64,000 bases of DNA from Bacteroidota bacterium (GTDB lineage: Bacteria > Bacteroidota > Bacteroidia > Bacteroidales > JABHKC01): contig JABHKC010000023.1 of the NCBI GenBank assembly GCA_018692315.1, positions 5,959 to 69,958 on the forward strand. The letters are read 5' to 3'. The translations under genes were made by a program, and so were the position numbers. This document shows, piece after piece, positions 48,707 to 57,167 of this stretch. Positions within the stretch are counted from its first letter, which is position 1. Every line of letters begins with the position of its first letter. A model generated the notes under the pieces. That model was not told where the DNA came from. It did no database searches and worked only from the letters and a program-made list of their open reading frames with translations.

Positions 48707-49654
48707 TTACCATGGAAGATTAAGATGCTTCACTTCATTTTTATAAAAATCCTCTAACTTTTTAACGAGTTCTTTAGAAATTGGATTTTTAATGCTCTCC
48801 AAATTACTATCTAACTGTTCAATTGTGATATTCCCCGGAATAACAGTAGATACAGCATCATACGCCAGACAAAAAGAAATGGCTGTTTGTGCAAGATTAT
48901 TTTGCTTGATTATATTTTTTACTTTTTCCGTCAAATCAGCTCTTATTTTAATATCCTTTCTCGACCATCGTTTTCTAATATCATCGAATGTACTATCAGA
49001 ATTATATTTGCCTGAAAGCCATCCGGAATCGAGAGGGATTTTCGCAATAATACCGACATCTTGTTTTTTTGCTAAATCGAAGGCTCTTGCTGCATCCTGA
49101 TGAAAAATATTGAAGAAAGCTTCTATAACTTTTGAATTTGTAGTTTTTATTAAAAGTTTCATTTCCTCGAAGGTATCCAAAGATGCTCCATAAGCTTTTA
49201 TTTTTCCTTCGTCCATCAATTTTTCCAGAATTTCATAATGGTCATTGTCGTTGCCATCAAGGTATTCAATTGGCGGACTGTGTATTATGATTGAATCAAT
49301 ATAGTCAACTTGCAATCTTTTTAAGCTCCCTTCTAAAGATTCACGAATGTTATTTGAATTAAAGTTAATTTCTCCCTTTTCGCTACGACCGAATTTTGTA
49401 TTGATTACTATTTTAGACCTGTCATAAATTTTCAAAGCTTTTCCGAGCCTTAATTCTCCGGTACCAAGACCATAAACTGGAGCAGTATCGAAAAAATTGA
49501 CTCCTAATTCAATAGATTTATGTACCATGTATATAGCTTCTTTTTCAGTCATACTTTTCCATCCCGAATTTATGCCTAACTGCCATGCACCAAGACCAAT
49601 TTCGGAAACTTTCGGTACATCATTTATGTATCTATTATATTTCATTATTGTCAT
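48707..49654 (-). CDS. aldo/keto reductase
   Basis: 315 aa. GLGAWQLG..FFDTAPVYG..GELRLGKAL is an AKR signature. Confidence 0.85.
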   Translation of the reverse strand: MTIMKYNRYINDVPKVSEIGLGAWQLGINSGWKSMTEKEAIYMVHKSIELGVNFFDTAPVYGLGTGELRLGKALKIYDRSKIVINTKFGRSEKGEINFNSNNIRESLEGSLKRLQVDYIDSIIIHSPPIEYLDGNDNDHYEILEKLMDEGKIKAYGASLDTFEEMKLLIKTTNSKVIEAFFNIFHQDAARAFDLAKKQDVGIIAKIPLDSGWLSGKYNSDSTFDDIRKRWSRKDIKIRADLTEKVKNIIKQNNLAQTAISFCLAYDAVSTVIPGNITIEQLDSNLESIKNPISKELVKKLEDFYKNEVKHLNLPW

Positions 49655-49712
49655 TTTTTTAAGATTAAAATATTGGTACGCTAATAAAATTCATTTGTTA
49701 AAACGTAAAACC

Positions 49713-51668
49713 CTACTGCAATGCCCTCCTCGCTTTCAAAATATATTTTGCTTCATCTAATGGGCTAATTCCTTTATATTCTCTATGAACACCATGTTCA
49801 TCGCTACACTCTTTGTAAGAATGAAAACGGGTTTTAATTTTAGCTTTCCCTCCCGACCTTGAACTTAGCCTAATTGGAAAATCCATTGATGTAGCAACAG
49901 GCACAAATCCCTCAAAAGAGAATTTACCATCATTAATATCAGGGCTTTCAAAACTTCCTCTCATTTGAATTATATCGCTTGATATTGCACCTAAAAGCCC
50001 CTCAGGAGCGGTAATTTTAAACCAAATATATGGCTCCAAAAATTTTGTTCCACTATTTATCAAACCATTCATTATTGCCATCGGTGTAGCTACAATAAAA
50101 TCGCCCGGGCGAGAATGGACTTCATGATCTTCCCCCTCAATAAGTGTAATTTTTAAATCTGTTACTTCCCATCCTTTTGGCCCCTGCTTCAAGGCTTGCG
50201 GAATTGTTCTTTCTACTTCATTTTGATATTTTCTGTGAACATCGTCAACACTAAGTTTTGACTCATAAACAAGTCCGCTATTTGGCTCTCCGGGTTCAAT
50301 TTGAAGTTTTATAATTGCCCAGCATGGTTTTGGCATCCAATATCTTGCAAATCCGACAGCATTATTTTTAGGCGATTCTTTGTAAATAACGGTGGGATCT
50401 TCAAATTTTGCTTTAACATTAAATCTGTTTTCTAAAACTCTCTCAAGTACTTCAATCTGTATCCACCCCATAATTTGAAGATTTAATTCCTTATCTTCTT
50501 TCAGCCATTCAAATTGTAGTGCAGGATCTTCTGCATCAAGAATTCTTAGTGCCTCTGCGAGTTTTGCATAATCATTTTCATTTATGGCTTTCACTTGAAC
50601 TGTCAGCAGTGGACTATTTAACTTAACTTCTTTCTGAAAATTGGACTTTTTACCTAAAGTATCTCCCAGCTTTGCATCATTCAATCCTGTTAATGCAAGC
50701 ACATCGCCGGCAAAACCAATAGATATATCCTTATATCCTCCTGATGCATATCTTTTAAGCTGATTAACTTTTTCAAGCTTATCTTGCGAACTATTAAAGA
50801 TTTCATCTTTATTTGATATTTGTCCGCTAAAAATCCTTAGCCCAACAATTTTGCCTAATTTCTTATCATGATCGATCCTAAAAACTACAGCAGATAGATT
50901 ATTTTCATCATTTATTTCCGACGTAGGTGTATATTTAACAACAGCGTTCAATAATTCTTCAATTCCAATTTGACTTTTTGCAACTCCCATCAACACAGGA
51001 AATATCTTAAATCCTTTAACAGCCTTAATCAATGAGTTGTTCAATTCATCAAAACTTATGTCCGCTTCTGAAATATAGCTCTCTAAAATTTCATCGTCAT
51101 TATTTGCAATAATTTCCAATACATTTTCATCAATTTCAGTATCTTTCCAACAATTTAAAACATTAGCTTTTGCATCACCTTCATCGACAGCTTTCTGCAA
51201 AACAGCAATGTCAGAACATAAATCTTGTTTGATTTCTTGTATAACTTCTTCTGTATCAGCTCCTATTCTGTCAATTTTATTAATGAAAAAAATCGTTGGA
51301 ATATTGTGCTGCTTTAGTGCCATCCATATATTTTCGGTATGTGCCTGAACACCTTCAACTGCCGAAACAACAAGTATTGCCAAATCTAAAACTCTGATTG
51401 ATCGTTCCACTTCTGCAGAAAAATCAATATGTCCAGGAGTATCTATTAAGTTTATATTTGAATTTTGCCATCTTAAATTGGCAACTGCAGACTTCACTGA
51501 TATACCTCGCTCTTTCTCAATATCGAGAAAATCTGTTTGGGATGTTCCATTATCAACACTTCCGGGGCTTTTTATGGCTCCAGCTTTATAAAGAAAACTC
51601 TCTGCAATAGTTGTCTTTCCTGCATCAACATGGGCTAAAATGCCTATATTTATTATATTTTTCCTCAC
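49713..51668 (-). CDS. Tet(M)/Tet(Q)-type ribosomal protection GTPase homologue
   Basis: 651 aa with a GTG start. NIGILAHVDAGKTT, DTPGHIDF and INKID. N-terminal region is collinear with TetM/TetQ from memory. It lacks the long G' insert of EF-G, and its length matches RPPs (about 640-660 aa). Confidence 0.85.
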   Translation of the reverse strand: MRKNIINIGILAHVDAGKTTIAESFLYKAGAIKSPGSVDNGTSQTDFLDIEKERGISVKSAVANLRWQNSNINLIDTPGHIDFSAEVERSIRVLDLAILVVSAVEGVQAHTENIWMALKQHNIPTIFFINKIDRIGADTEEVIQEIKQDLCSDIAVLQKAVDEGDAKANVLNCWKDTEIDENVLEIIANNDDEILESYISEADISFDELNNSLIKAVKGFKIFPVLMGVAKSQIGIEELLNAVVKYTPTSEINDENNLSAVVFRIDHDKKLGKIVGLRIFSGQISNKDEIFNSSQDKLEKVNQLKRYASGGYKDISIGFAGDVLALTGLNDAKLGDTLGKKSNFQKEVKLNSPLLTVQVKAINENDYAKLAEALRILDAEDPALQFEWLKEDKELNLQIMGWIQIEVLERVLENRFNVKAKFEDPTVIYKESPKNNAVGFARYWMPKPCWAIIKLQIEPGEPNSGLVYESKLSVDDVHRKYQNEVERTIPQALKQGPKGWEVTDLKITLIEGEDHEVHSRPGDFIVATPMAIMNGLINSGTKFLEPYIWFKITAPEGLLGAISSDIIQMRGSFESPDINDGKFSFEGFVPVATSMDFPIRLSSRSGGKAKIKTRFHSYKECSDEHGVHREYKGISPLDEAKYILKARRALQ

Positions 51669-51698
51669 CGAGCAAAGTTAAAAACTTTAAATCATACT

Positions 51699-51722
51699 CT
51701 ACAATAGAAATTTTATTTTCAT
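51699..51722 (-). promoter_or_regulatory. 7-codon upstream ORF (MKIKFLL*) in the leader of the ribosomal-protection-like gene
   Basis: ATG at 51722 to TAG at 51699-51701, 30 nt upstream of the GTG at 51668. A weak hairpin aaagtt-aaa-aacttt (51674-51688) lies between them. Confidence 0.3.
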
Positions 51723-51796
51723 TGTTCGTAAAATCTATACCCATGTGATTTTTGAAATTCGCTGAAAATAAATTTCTTCATTATAATTAATATATA

Positions 51797-51804
51797 TACT
51801 TTTG
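51797..51804 (+). promoter_or_regulatory. candidate -7 promoter box TACTTTTG for the DeaD-like helicase
   Basis: TAnnTTTG 24 nt upstream of the ATG at 51829. It contains the TTG (51802) that the ORF track uses as a start. Confidence 0.45.
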
Positions 51805-51828
51805 CCGCCCAAATTTGGAAATGATAAT

Positions 51829-53508
51829 ATGTTGAAATTTAATGAAATGGGTTTCAAACCCAACCTTTTGAAAGGTCTTGATGAGCTGGGATTTGTTAAT
51901 CCTACACCTATACAAGAACAAGTAATCCCAATTTTTTTTGAAACAGAAAGCGACATTGTTGGCCTTGCGCAAACCGGCACAGGAAAAACTGCCGCTTTTG
52001 GTTTGCCAATTATTGAGCAAATTGATATTGAGAATAAATCCGTTCAGGCTTTGATATTATCGCCTACACGAGAACTTTGTATCCAGATTTCTAAGGATTT
52101 ACAAAATTATTCGAAACATGTAAAAGGCATTGAAATAGTGTCGGTTTATGGTGGAGCAAGTATCGAAACTCAAATGAGAGCGCTTAAAAAAGGAGCACAC
52201 ATAATTGTTGCTACTCCTGGCAGAATGTTAGATTTAATTAAGCGAAGAGTTGCAAAAATTAATAACATTGATACTGTAGTTTTAGATGAGGCAGACGAAA
52301 TGTTAGACATGGGATTTCGAGATGAATTAAATGGGATTTTGGAAAAAACTCCTGCTTTTAAAAGGACTTTACTTTTTTCGGCAACTATGCCAAAAGAAGT
52401 GGCTCGTATAGCCAAAAACTTTATGGACAGCCCTGTCGAAATTACTGTTGGAAAACAAAATGCCGGTGCCGAAAATGTCCGTCATGTATTTTATCAGGTT
52501 CATGCCCGCGACCGTTATATAGCACTCAAACGAATTGCAGATATTAACCCAAATATTTACGGAATTGTATTTTGCCGCACGAGAGCTGAAACCAAAGAAG
52601 TTGCCGAAAAGCTGATAAAAGACGGTTATAATGCCGATGCTCTTCATGGCGATCTTTCGCAAGCTCAGCGAGATCATGTTATGAAACGTTTCAGAGAAAA
52701 AACCTTACAAATGTTAGTAGCAACAGATGTTGCCGCCCGTGGAATTGATGTACAGGACATTTCTCACATTATCAACTACAATTTGCCTGACGAGCTCGAA
52801 ACATATACTCACAGAAGTGGGCGTACCGGTCGTGCCGGGAAATCGGGGGTTTCTATTGCAATAGTGAATTATAGAGAAGTAACTAAAATTCCGACTATAG
52901 AAAAAATTGTTCAAAAGAAATTCGAAAGACTACTTGTTCCGACCGGAGCAGAAATATGTAAAAAACAACTTTTTAAGTTGATAGATCGAATGGAGAATGT
53001 AGTGGTTGATGAAGATCAGATAGCCCAATTTATGGATACTGTCAACAAAAAGCTGGAATGGCTGACTAAAGAACAAATCATCAAACGTTTTGTTTCACTC
53101 GAATTTAATCGATTTTTAGATTACTATAAAAACGCTCCAGACCTCAACAAAAAAGCAGAAGGCAAGGCAGAAAAAAGAGATAAAAAAGATGGTGGAGGCC
53201 GTGGAGATAGGAGCAATAGAAGAGGAAGTAGCGGTTTTTCCAGATTTTTTATAAATGTAGGGAAAAAAGATAAAGTTGAGCCCAAAAATATTATCGGAAT
53301 GATTAACGATTATACCAAAGATAGAGATATTAATGTAGGTTCGATAGATATTAAAGATAGTTTTTCATTTTTCGAAGTAGGAGAAAAACATACTAAAAAA
53401 GTATTAAACTCTTTTCATGATGCAAAATATAAAGGTCGTAGTGTAAGAATTGAAATTGCTGAAAAAATTGATAATAATAAATGGAAAACTAAACGTAAGA
53501 AGAAATAG
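51829..53508 (+). CDS. deaD: DEAD-box RNA helicase, DeaD/CsdA-like, with a C-terminal DbpA-type RNA-binding region
   Basis: AQTGTGKT, DEAD, SAT, HRSGRTGRAG, a basic linker, and a C-terminal FFINVGKKDKV..GRSVRIE module. Confidence 0.88.
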   Translation: MLKFNEMGFKPNLLKGLDELGFVNPTPIQEQVIPIFFETESDIVGLAQTGTGKTAAFGLPIIEQIDIENKSVQALILSPTRELCIQISKDLQNYSKHVKGIEIVSVYGGASIETQMRALKKGAHIIVATPGRMLDLIKRRVAKINNIDTVVLDEADEMLDMGFRDELNGILEKTPAFKRTLLFSATMPKEVARIAKNFMDSPVEITVGKQNAGAENVRHVFYQVHARDRYIALKRIADINPNIYGIVFCRTRAETKEVAEKLIKDGYNADALHGDLSQAQRDHVMKRFREKTLQMLVATDVAARGIDVQDISHIINYNLPDELETYTHRSGRTGRAGKSGVSIAIVNYREVTKIPTIEKIVQKKFERLLVPTGAEICKKQLFKLIDRMENVVVDEDQIAQFMDTVNKKLEWLTKEQIIKRFVSLEFNRFLDYYKNAPDLNKKAEGKAEKRDKKDGGGRGDRSNRRGSSGFSRFFINVGKKDKVEPKNIIGMINDYTKDRDINVGSIDIKDSFSFFEVGEKHTKKVLNSFHDAKYKGRSVRIEIAEKIDNNKWKTKRKKK

Positions 53509-53604
53509 AAGTTTGTTTATATTCCGAACTTAATAAGGGCATTTTTAAGCTCATTGTTGCTTGGAGTGAGAGAAGTTTATAGTTAGCTTTTGAATTGCTT
53601 TTTT

Positions 53605-53612
53605 TATCTTTG
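53605..53612 (+). promoter_or_regulatory. -7-like box TATCTTTG inside copy 1 of a duplicated ~30-nt segment
   Basis: tgaattgctttttttatctttgaaatatt (53591-53619). Confidence 0.3.
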
Positions 53613-53680
53613 AAATATTGAACACAGTGGAAAAAGCATATTCAGTAAATGTACACGAGTTGTGAATTGCTTTCATTTTG

Positions 53681-53688
53681 TATCTTTG
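53681..53688 (+). promoter_or_regulatory. -7-like box TATCTTTG inside copy 2, 4 nt before the IS remnant left end
   Basis: tgaattgctttcattttgtatctttgaaattatt (53663-53696). Confidence 0.3.
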
Positions 53689-53692
53689 AAAT

Positions 53693-54247
53693 TATTGTTG
53701 TCCGGTTAAATCAATTTTTGTTATTATTTTTCATTTAACTATATGATAATCAAATTCTATTTTTTGTATTGTCAAAAGTAAGCCCCTTCCAATTCAGGGA
53801 ATAAACTATTTCGATATTCAGCCCTCTTTTTTTCTACAATACTTACCCATGCCTTTTCAGGGTCATTCAGGAATTTATAGATATTGATATAATTCATCAA
53901 ATGTTGCCTGACAATAGATGCAATATTTGAGAAAGACCAATTTCGTTTAAGTCTTGATTTTATTACACTTAGTAATAGATTTGCAATCATGCTAACCCAT
54001 ATTTGTATTTCAATAGCGTTTACATTGTCTCCCAGAAAATATTTTAAAGGAAAGTTTTGTTTAAGTTGTTTGAACAAAGTTTCGATTTGCCCTCGTTTTA
54101 TCATTTGAAGGATTTGTCCAAAGATTGGCTGTCCGGTAAAAATTGTACGTTGTTCATATAATTTGCTCTTTGTGGTAATTGAGCAAAGATAATTAGGTGA
54201 GATAGTTTTTTACAACTATCTTACCTATTTTTTACCGGACAACAATA
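53693..54247 (-). mobile_element. internally deleted IS4-family element (MITE-like, 555 bp) with intact 14-bp terminal inverted repeats
   Basis: tattgttgtccggt (53693-53706) is the exact reverse complement of accggacaacaata (54234-54247). Only the C-terminal part of a transposase lies inside. Confidence 0.7.
53772..54104 (-). pseudogene. IS4-family DDE transposase, C-terminal fragment
   Basis: RGQIETLFKQLKQNFPLKYFLGDNVNAIEIQIWVSMIANLLL matches the E-containing YxxRWxIExxFKxLK block. The frame stays open upstream almost to the right TIR without a proper start. Confidence 0.7.
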
Positions 54248-54273
54248 TAAAAGAATATAAAAGAATATAAAAG
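54244..54273. repeat. 10-bp tandem repeat aatataaaag, 3 copies
   Basis: Three perfect copies. The first overlaps the last 4 nt of the right TIR. Confidence 0.85.
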
Positions 54274-54401
54274 AAATTCTATCATTTTCAGAAAAACTCA
54301 TTCACTTTTGTCAAAATCGGATAAATTGATTTATTTTGAAGTTTTTTGGAAACAATAATCAAGATTATTATTAGTTATATTTTTTATTTAAATTTAAAAT
54401 T

Positions 54402-54902
54402 ATGAATAAACTATTTTTGACATTCTGCATACTTGGCATTTCGCTTGTTCAATTAGTGGCTCAACCAAACTGGAAATTTGTAAATACCGGCGAAAACCAT
54501 ACTATTTTGGTTCATGAAACAACAAAAATCACAATTGATGGCAAGCTTATCTCGAAAGGTGATTATATTTCTGTTTTCTATGAAAAAAAGACAAAAGATG
54601 GAAAAATAGTTTTAGAAAATGCAGGTGGCACTGGTAAAGGTAGCGGAGATATAAACGACAGAAATGGAGTTATGTGGGAAGCCAAAACCACTGCTACTGC
54701 TGCATGGGGCACCAAAGAAGGTCAAAACAATGGTTTTGCAAAAGGCGAAAAGTTTAAATGGAGAATTTATAGAGCTTCGGACGGCAAAACTTTCGATGCA
54801 GTTGCCACATATATTACAGATCATAGAATTCCAGACGAAGGAAAATATAAAAAAGATGGAATTAGTAGATTAGGAACTTTAAAAGCTGTTTCTAAAAAGT
54901 AG
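54402..54902 (+). CDS. hypothetical secreted protein
   Basis: 166 aa with signal peptide MNKLFLTFCILGISLVQLVAQ. Lys/Gly-rich, no domain recognised. Confidence 0.5.
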   Translation: MNKLFLTFCILGISLVQLVAQPNWKFVNTGENHTILVHETTKITIDGKLISKGDYISVFYEKKTKDGKIVLENAGGTGKGSGDINDRNGVMWEAKTTATAAWGTKEGQNNGFAKGEKFKWRIYRASDGKTFDAVATYITDHRIPDEGKYKKDGISRLGTLKAVSKK

Positions 54903-54934
54903 GATTTGGCTGACAGGCTTAAGTCTGTGATCAG

Positions 54935-54973
54935 CAATTTTCAATATTCAATTCATCAATAAATTGAAAATTG
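54935..54973. terminator. AT-rich 11-bp stem-loop downstream of 54402..54902
   Basis: caattttcaat (54935-54945) is the exact reverse complement of attgaaaattg (54963-54973). Confidence 0.3.
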
Positions 54974-55033
54974 ATAATACTGTCTTAAATGTTGAGCATC
55001 TTTCGTTAATAATCAAAAGCAGTTTACACTTTT

Positions 55034-55123
55034 CTCTGTGCAACTTTGTGTTTCCTCCGTGTTTCTTTGTGTTATAGTTATTTCACAAAGCTACTTAAAG
55101 AAAGAACAAAGGCACGCAAAGTG
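55034..55123. repeat. 'cacaaag/ctttgtg' type intergenic repeat
   Basis: ctctgtgcaactttgtgtttcctccgtgtttctttgtg ... cacaaag ... ggcacgcaaagtg, with inverted repeat ctttgtg (55065-55071) / cacaaag (55084-55090). Confidence 0.55.
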
Positions 55124-55193
55124 AATAATACCGAATGTTTTTCTAAATCAATTCTCAGAGTTTTTTCAATAACTTATATCTATCCAATGATAA

Positions 55194-56453
55194 CTATTCA
55201 TATCGTAAGGCATTTATCGGATCTAATTTAGATGCTTTTACAGCCGGGATATAACCAGATAAAATGCCTACAATAAAGCATATTGCAATTCCAAAACTTA
55301 TCCAAACCCACGGGATATAAAAATTACTATCCATAAGCATAGTTACAATATTTCCTGCGACTATTCCTAAGATTATTCCAAATATTCCTCCAAGCTGACC
55401 AATTATTATTGCTTCAAGCAAAAACTGTTGCTTAATGGTAACCGATTTTGCTCCAATTGCTTTTCTGGTGCCAATTTCGCGTGTGCGTTCCGATACCGAA
55501 ACCAGCATAATATTCATCAAGCCAATTACTGCTCCAAGCAGAGTAATTACTCCAATTATAGTTGCCGAAAGAGTAATAAATTTTACATCCTCAAAAAAGG
55601 TGTTGAGCAATTGATCCATTTTTTCAATTCTGAAATTATCTTCCTCGTCAAGCTCAAGTTTTCTAATTTTTCTGAAACATCCTCTGGCTTCACCGACTGC
55701 AATATCCAGTAACTTTTCATTTTTCGGAGCTACTTTGATAGTGAAATCCATGTTTGGCCTCGAAAAATATTGCCTTACATTAGTGATAGGTAGTAGGCAA
55801 ATTTTATCTTCATTTCCTCCAAAAGTACTGCCCTTCTCTGTCAAAACACCTATTACTTTATATTTGCCGTTTCCAATTGTAATAATCTTATCGAGTGGAT
55901 CTGTATTTTTCCCAAAAATATTTCTTGCCAATTCGCTGCCAATAATTGTAACATTCCTATTCATCTCAATGTCTTGAACAGTAAAATTTCTACCCAACCA
56001 AATTTCTCTGCCAGCAGTTTGAATATAGTTTTCATCGGTGCCATTTACCCGGATATTTGGATCGGTTTTTTTCGACTCATATTTTACGGTTGCAACATAA
56101 GATGCCCATGTATAAATCGAAACATTAGATGGAAAATTGTATTCAGATTTAAATCGAATTGCATCTTTATATGAGATATATAAATACGATCTCGATTTTT
56201 TTGTTTTTTGTTTTTGATTCGTATTTCCTTGATAATATGTGTATCGCTTTTCAATAGAAAAAGTATTGGTGCCCATGCTTGCAAACTGATTGCTTAGCAT
56301 AAATTTCATTGCATCGATAGTAGTAAGAATCCCAACAAGGGCAGTAATTCCTACAGCAATAATACATATTGTTAAAATTGTTCTAAGCAAGTTCGACCTA
56401 ATTGATTGAAAAGCAATTTTAATATTCTCGAATAGTAAAAATCTGTTTACCAT
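55194..56453 (-). CDS. ABC transporter permease, FtsX/MacB family
   Basis: 419 aa: N-terminal TM, MacB-type periplasmic domain, a C-terminal FtsX module with ERTREIGTRKAIGA. Confidence 0.8.
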   Translation of the reverse strand: MVNRFLLFENIKIAFQSIRSNLLRTILTICIIAVGITALVGILTTIDAMKFMLSNQFASMGTNTFSIEKRYTYYQGNTNQKQKTKKSRSYLYISYKDAIRFKSEYNFPSNVSIYTWASYVATVKYESKKTDPNIRVNGTDENYIQTAGREIWLGRNFTVQDIEMNRNVTIIGSELARNIFGKNTDPLDKIITIGNGKYKVIGVLTEKGSTFGGNEDKICLLPITNVRQYFSRPNMDFTIKVAPKNEKLLDIAVGEARGCFRKIRKLELDEEDNFRIEKMDQLLNTFFEDVKFITLSATIIGVITLLGAVIGLMNIMLVSVSERTREIGTRKAIGAKSVTIKQQFLLEAIIIGQLGGIFGIILGIVAGNIVTMLMDSNFYIPWVWISFGIAICFIVGILSGYIPAVKASKLDPINALRYE

Positions 56454-56525
56454 ATATTTATGATTTATTGAGATAAATATTGTGCTGAAATTTTTGTTAG
56501 TTCAAGTAAATTAGCATTTAACATT

Positions 56526-57140
56526 TCAGAATAGCCCATACAATTCCGCTTCAATTTTATCAATTACACCTCTCAAATCTTCAGGCTTATTAAAGTAATC
56601 TGTATGATTAGCATCAACAATCAAGACTTTTCCTAAATTGTATCCTTCTATCCAGGCTTCGTATCTTTCATTTAATCTTTTCAGATAGTCTAATCTCAAT
56701 GTGTTTTCGTAGTCTCTGCCTCGTTTCTGAATTTGATTTACTAATGTTGGAATACTTGCACGCAAATAAATTAATAAATCGGGGGCTTGAATTAGCGAAA
56801 CCATCATTTTGAACAATGATTGGTAATTCTCGAAATCACGAGTGTGCATCAGTCCCATTGAATGAAGATTTGGGGCAAAAATATAAGCATCTTCATATAT
56901 AGTTCTATCTTGAACAACGACCTTTCCTTTTTGGCGAATTTCCAAAATTTGATTGAATCTGCTATTTAAAAAATAGATTTGCAAATTGAAAGACCACCGT
57001 TTCATATCGTCGTAAAAATCTGTCAAATATGGATTTTCTTCTACGTCTTCGAAGTGAGCTTCCCATTTGTAATGTTTTGCTAACAATCGGGTTAATGTTG
57101 TTTTTCCCGAACCTATATTTCCTGCAATTGCTACGTGCAT
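56526..57140 (-). CDS. deoxynucleoside kinase
   Basis: 204 aa with P-loop IAGNIGSGKTTL, QDRTIYED, and a LID-like KRGRDYE. Confidence 0.85.
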   Translation of the reverse strand: MHVAIAGNIGSGKTTLTRLLAKHYKWEAHFEDVEENPYLTDFYDDMKRWSFNLQIYFLNSRFNQILEIRQKGKVVVQDRTIYEDAYIFAPNLHSMGLMHTRDFENYQSLFKMMVSLIQAPDLLIYLRASIPTLVNQIQKRGRDYENTLRLDYLKRLNERYEAWIEGYNLGKVLIVDANHTDYFNKPEDLRGVIDKIEAELYGLF

Positions 57141-57167
57141 AATTTCTTATTATTAAATTTTATAAAA

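Noticed and set aside
55046-55231. 61-aa ORF MCFLRVSLCYSYFTKLLKERTKARKV...
   Set aside because: It is generated by the ctttgtg/cacaaag intergenic repeat. This type of Cys/Leu-rich pseudo-ORF is characteristic of that repeat and it is not a gene.
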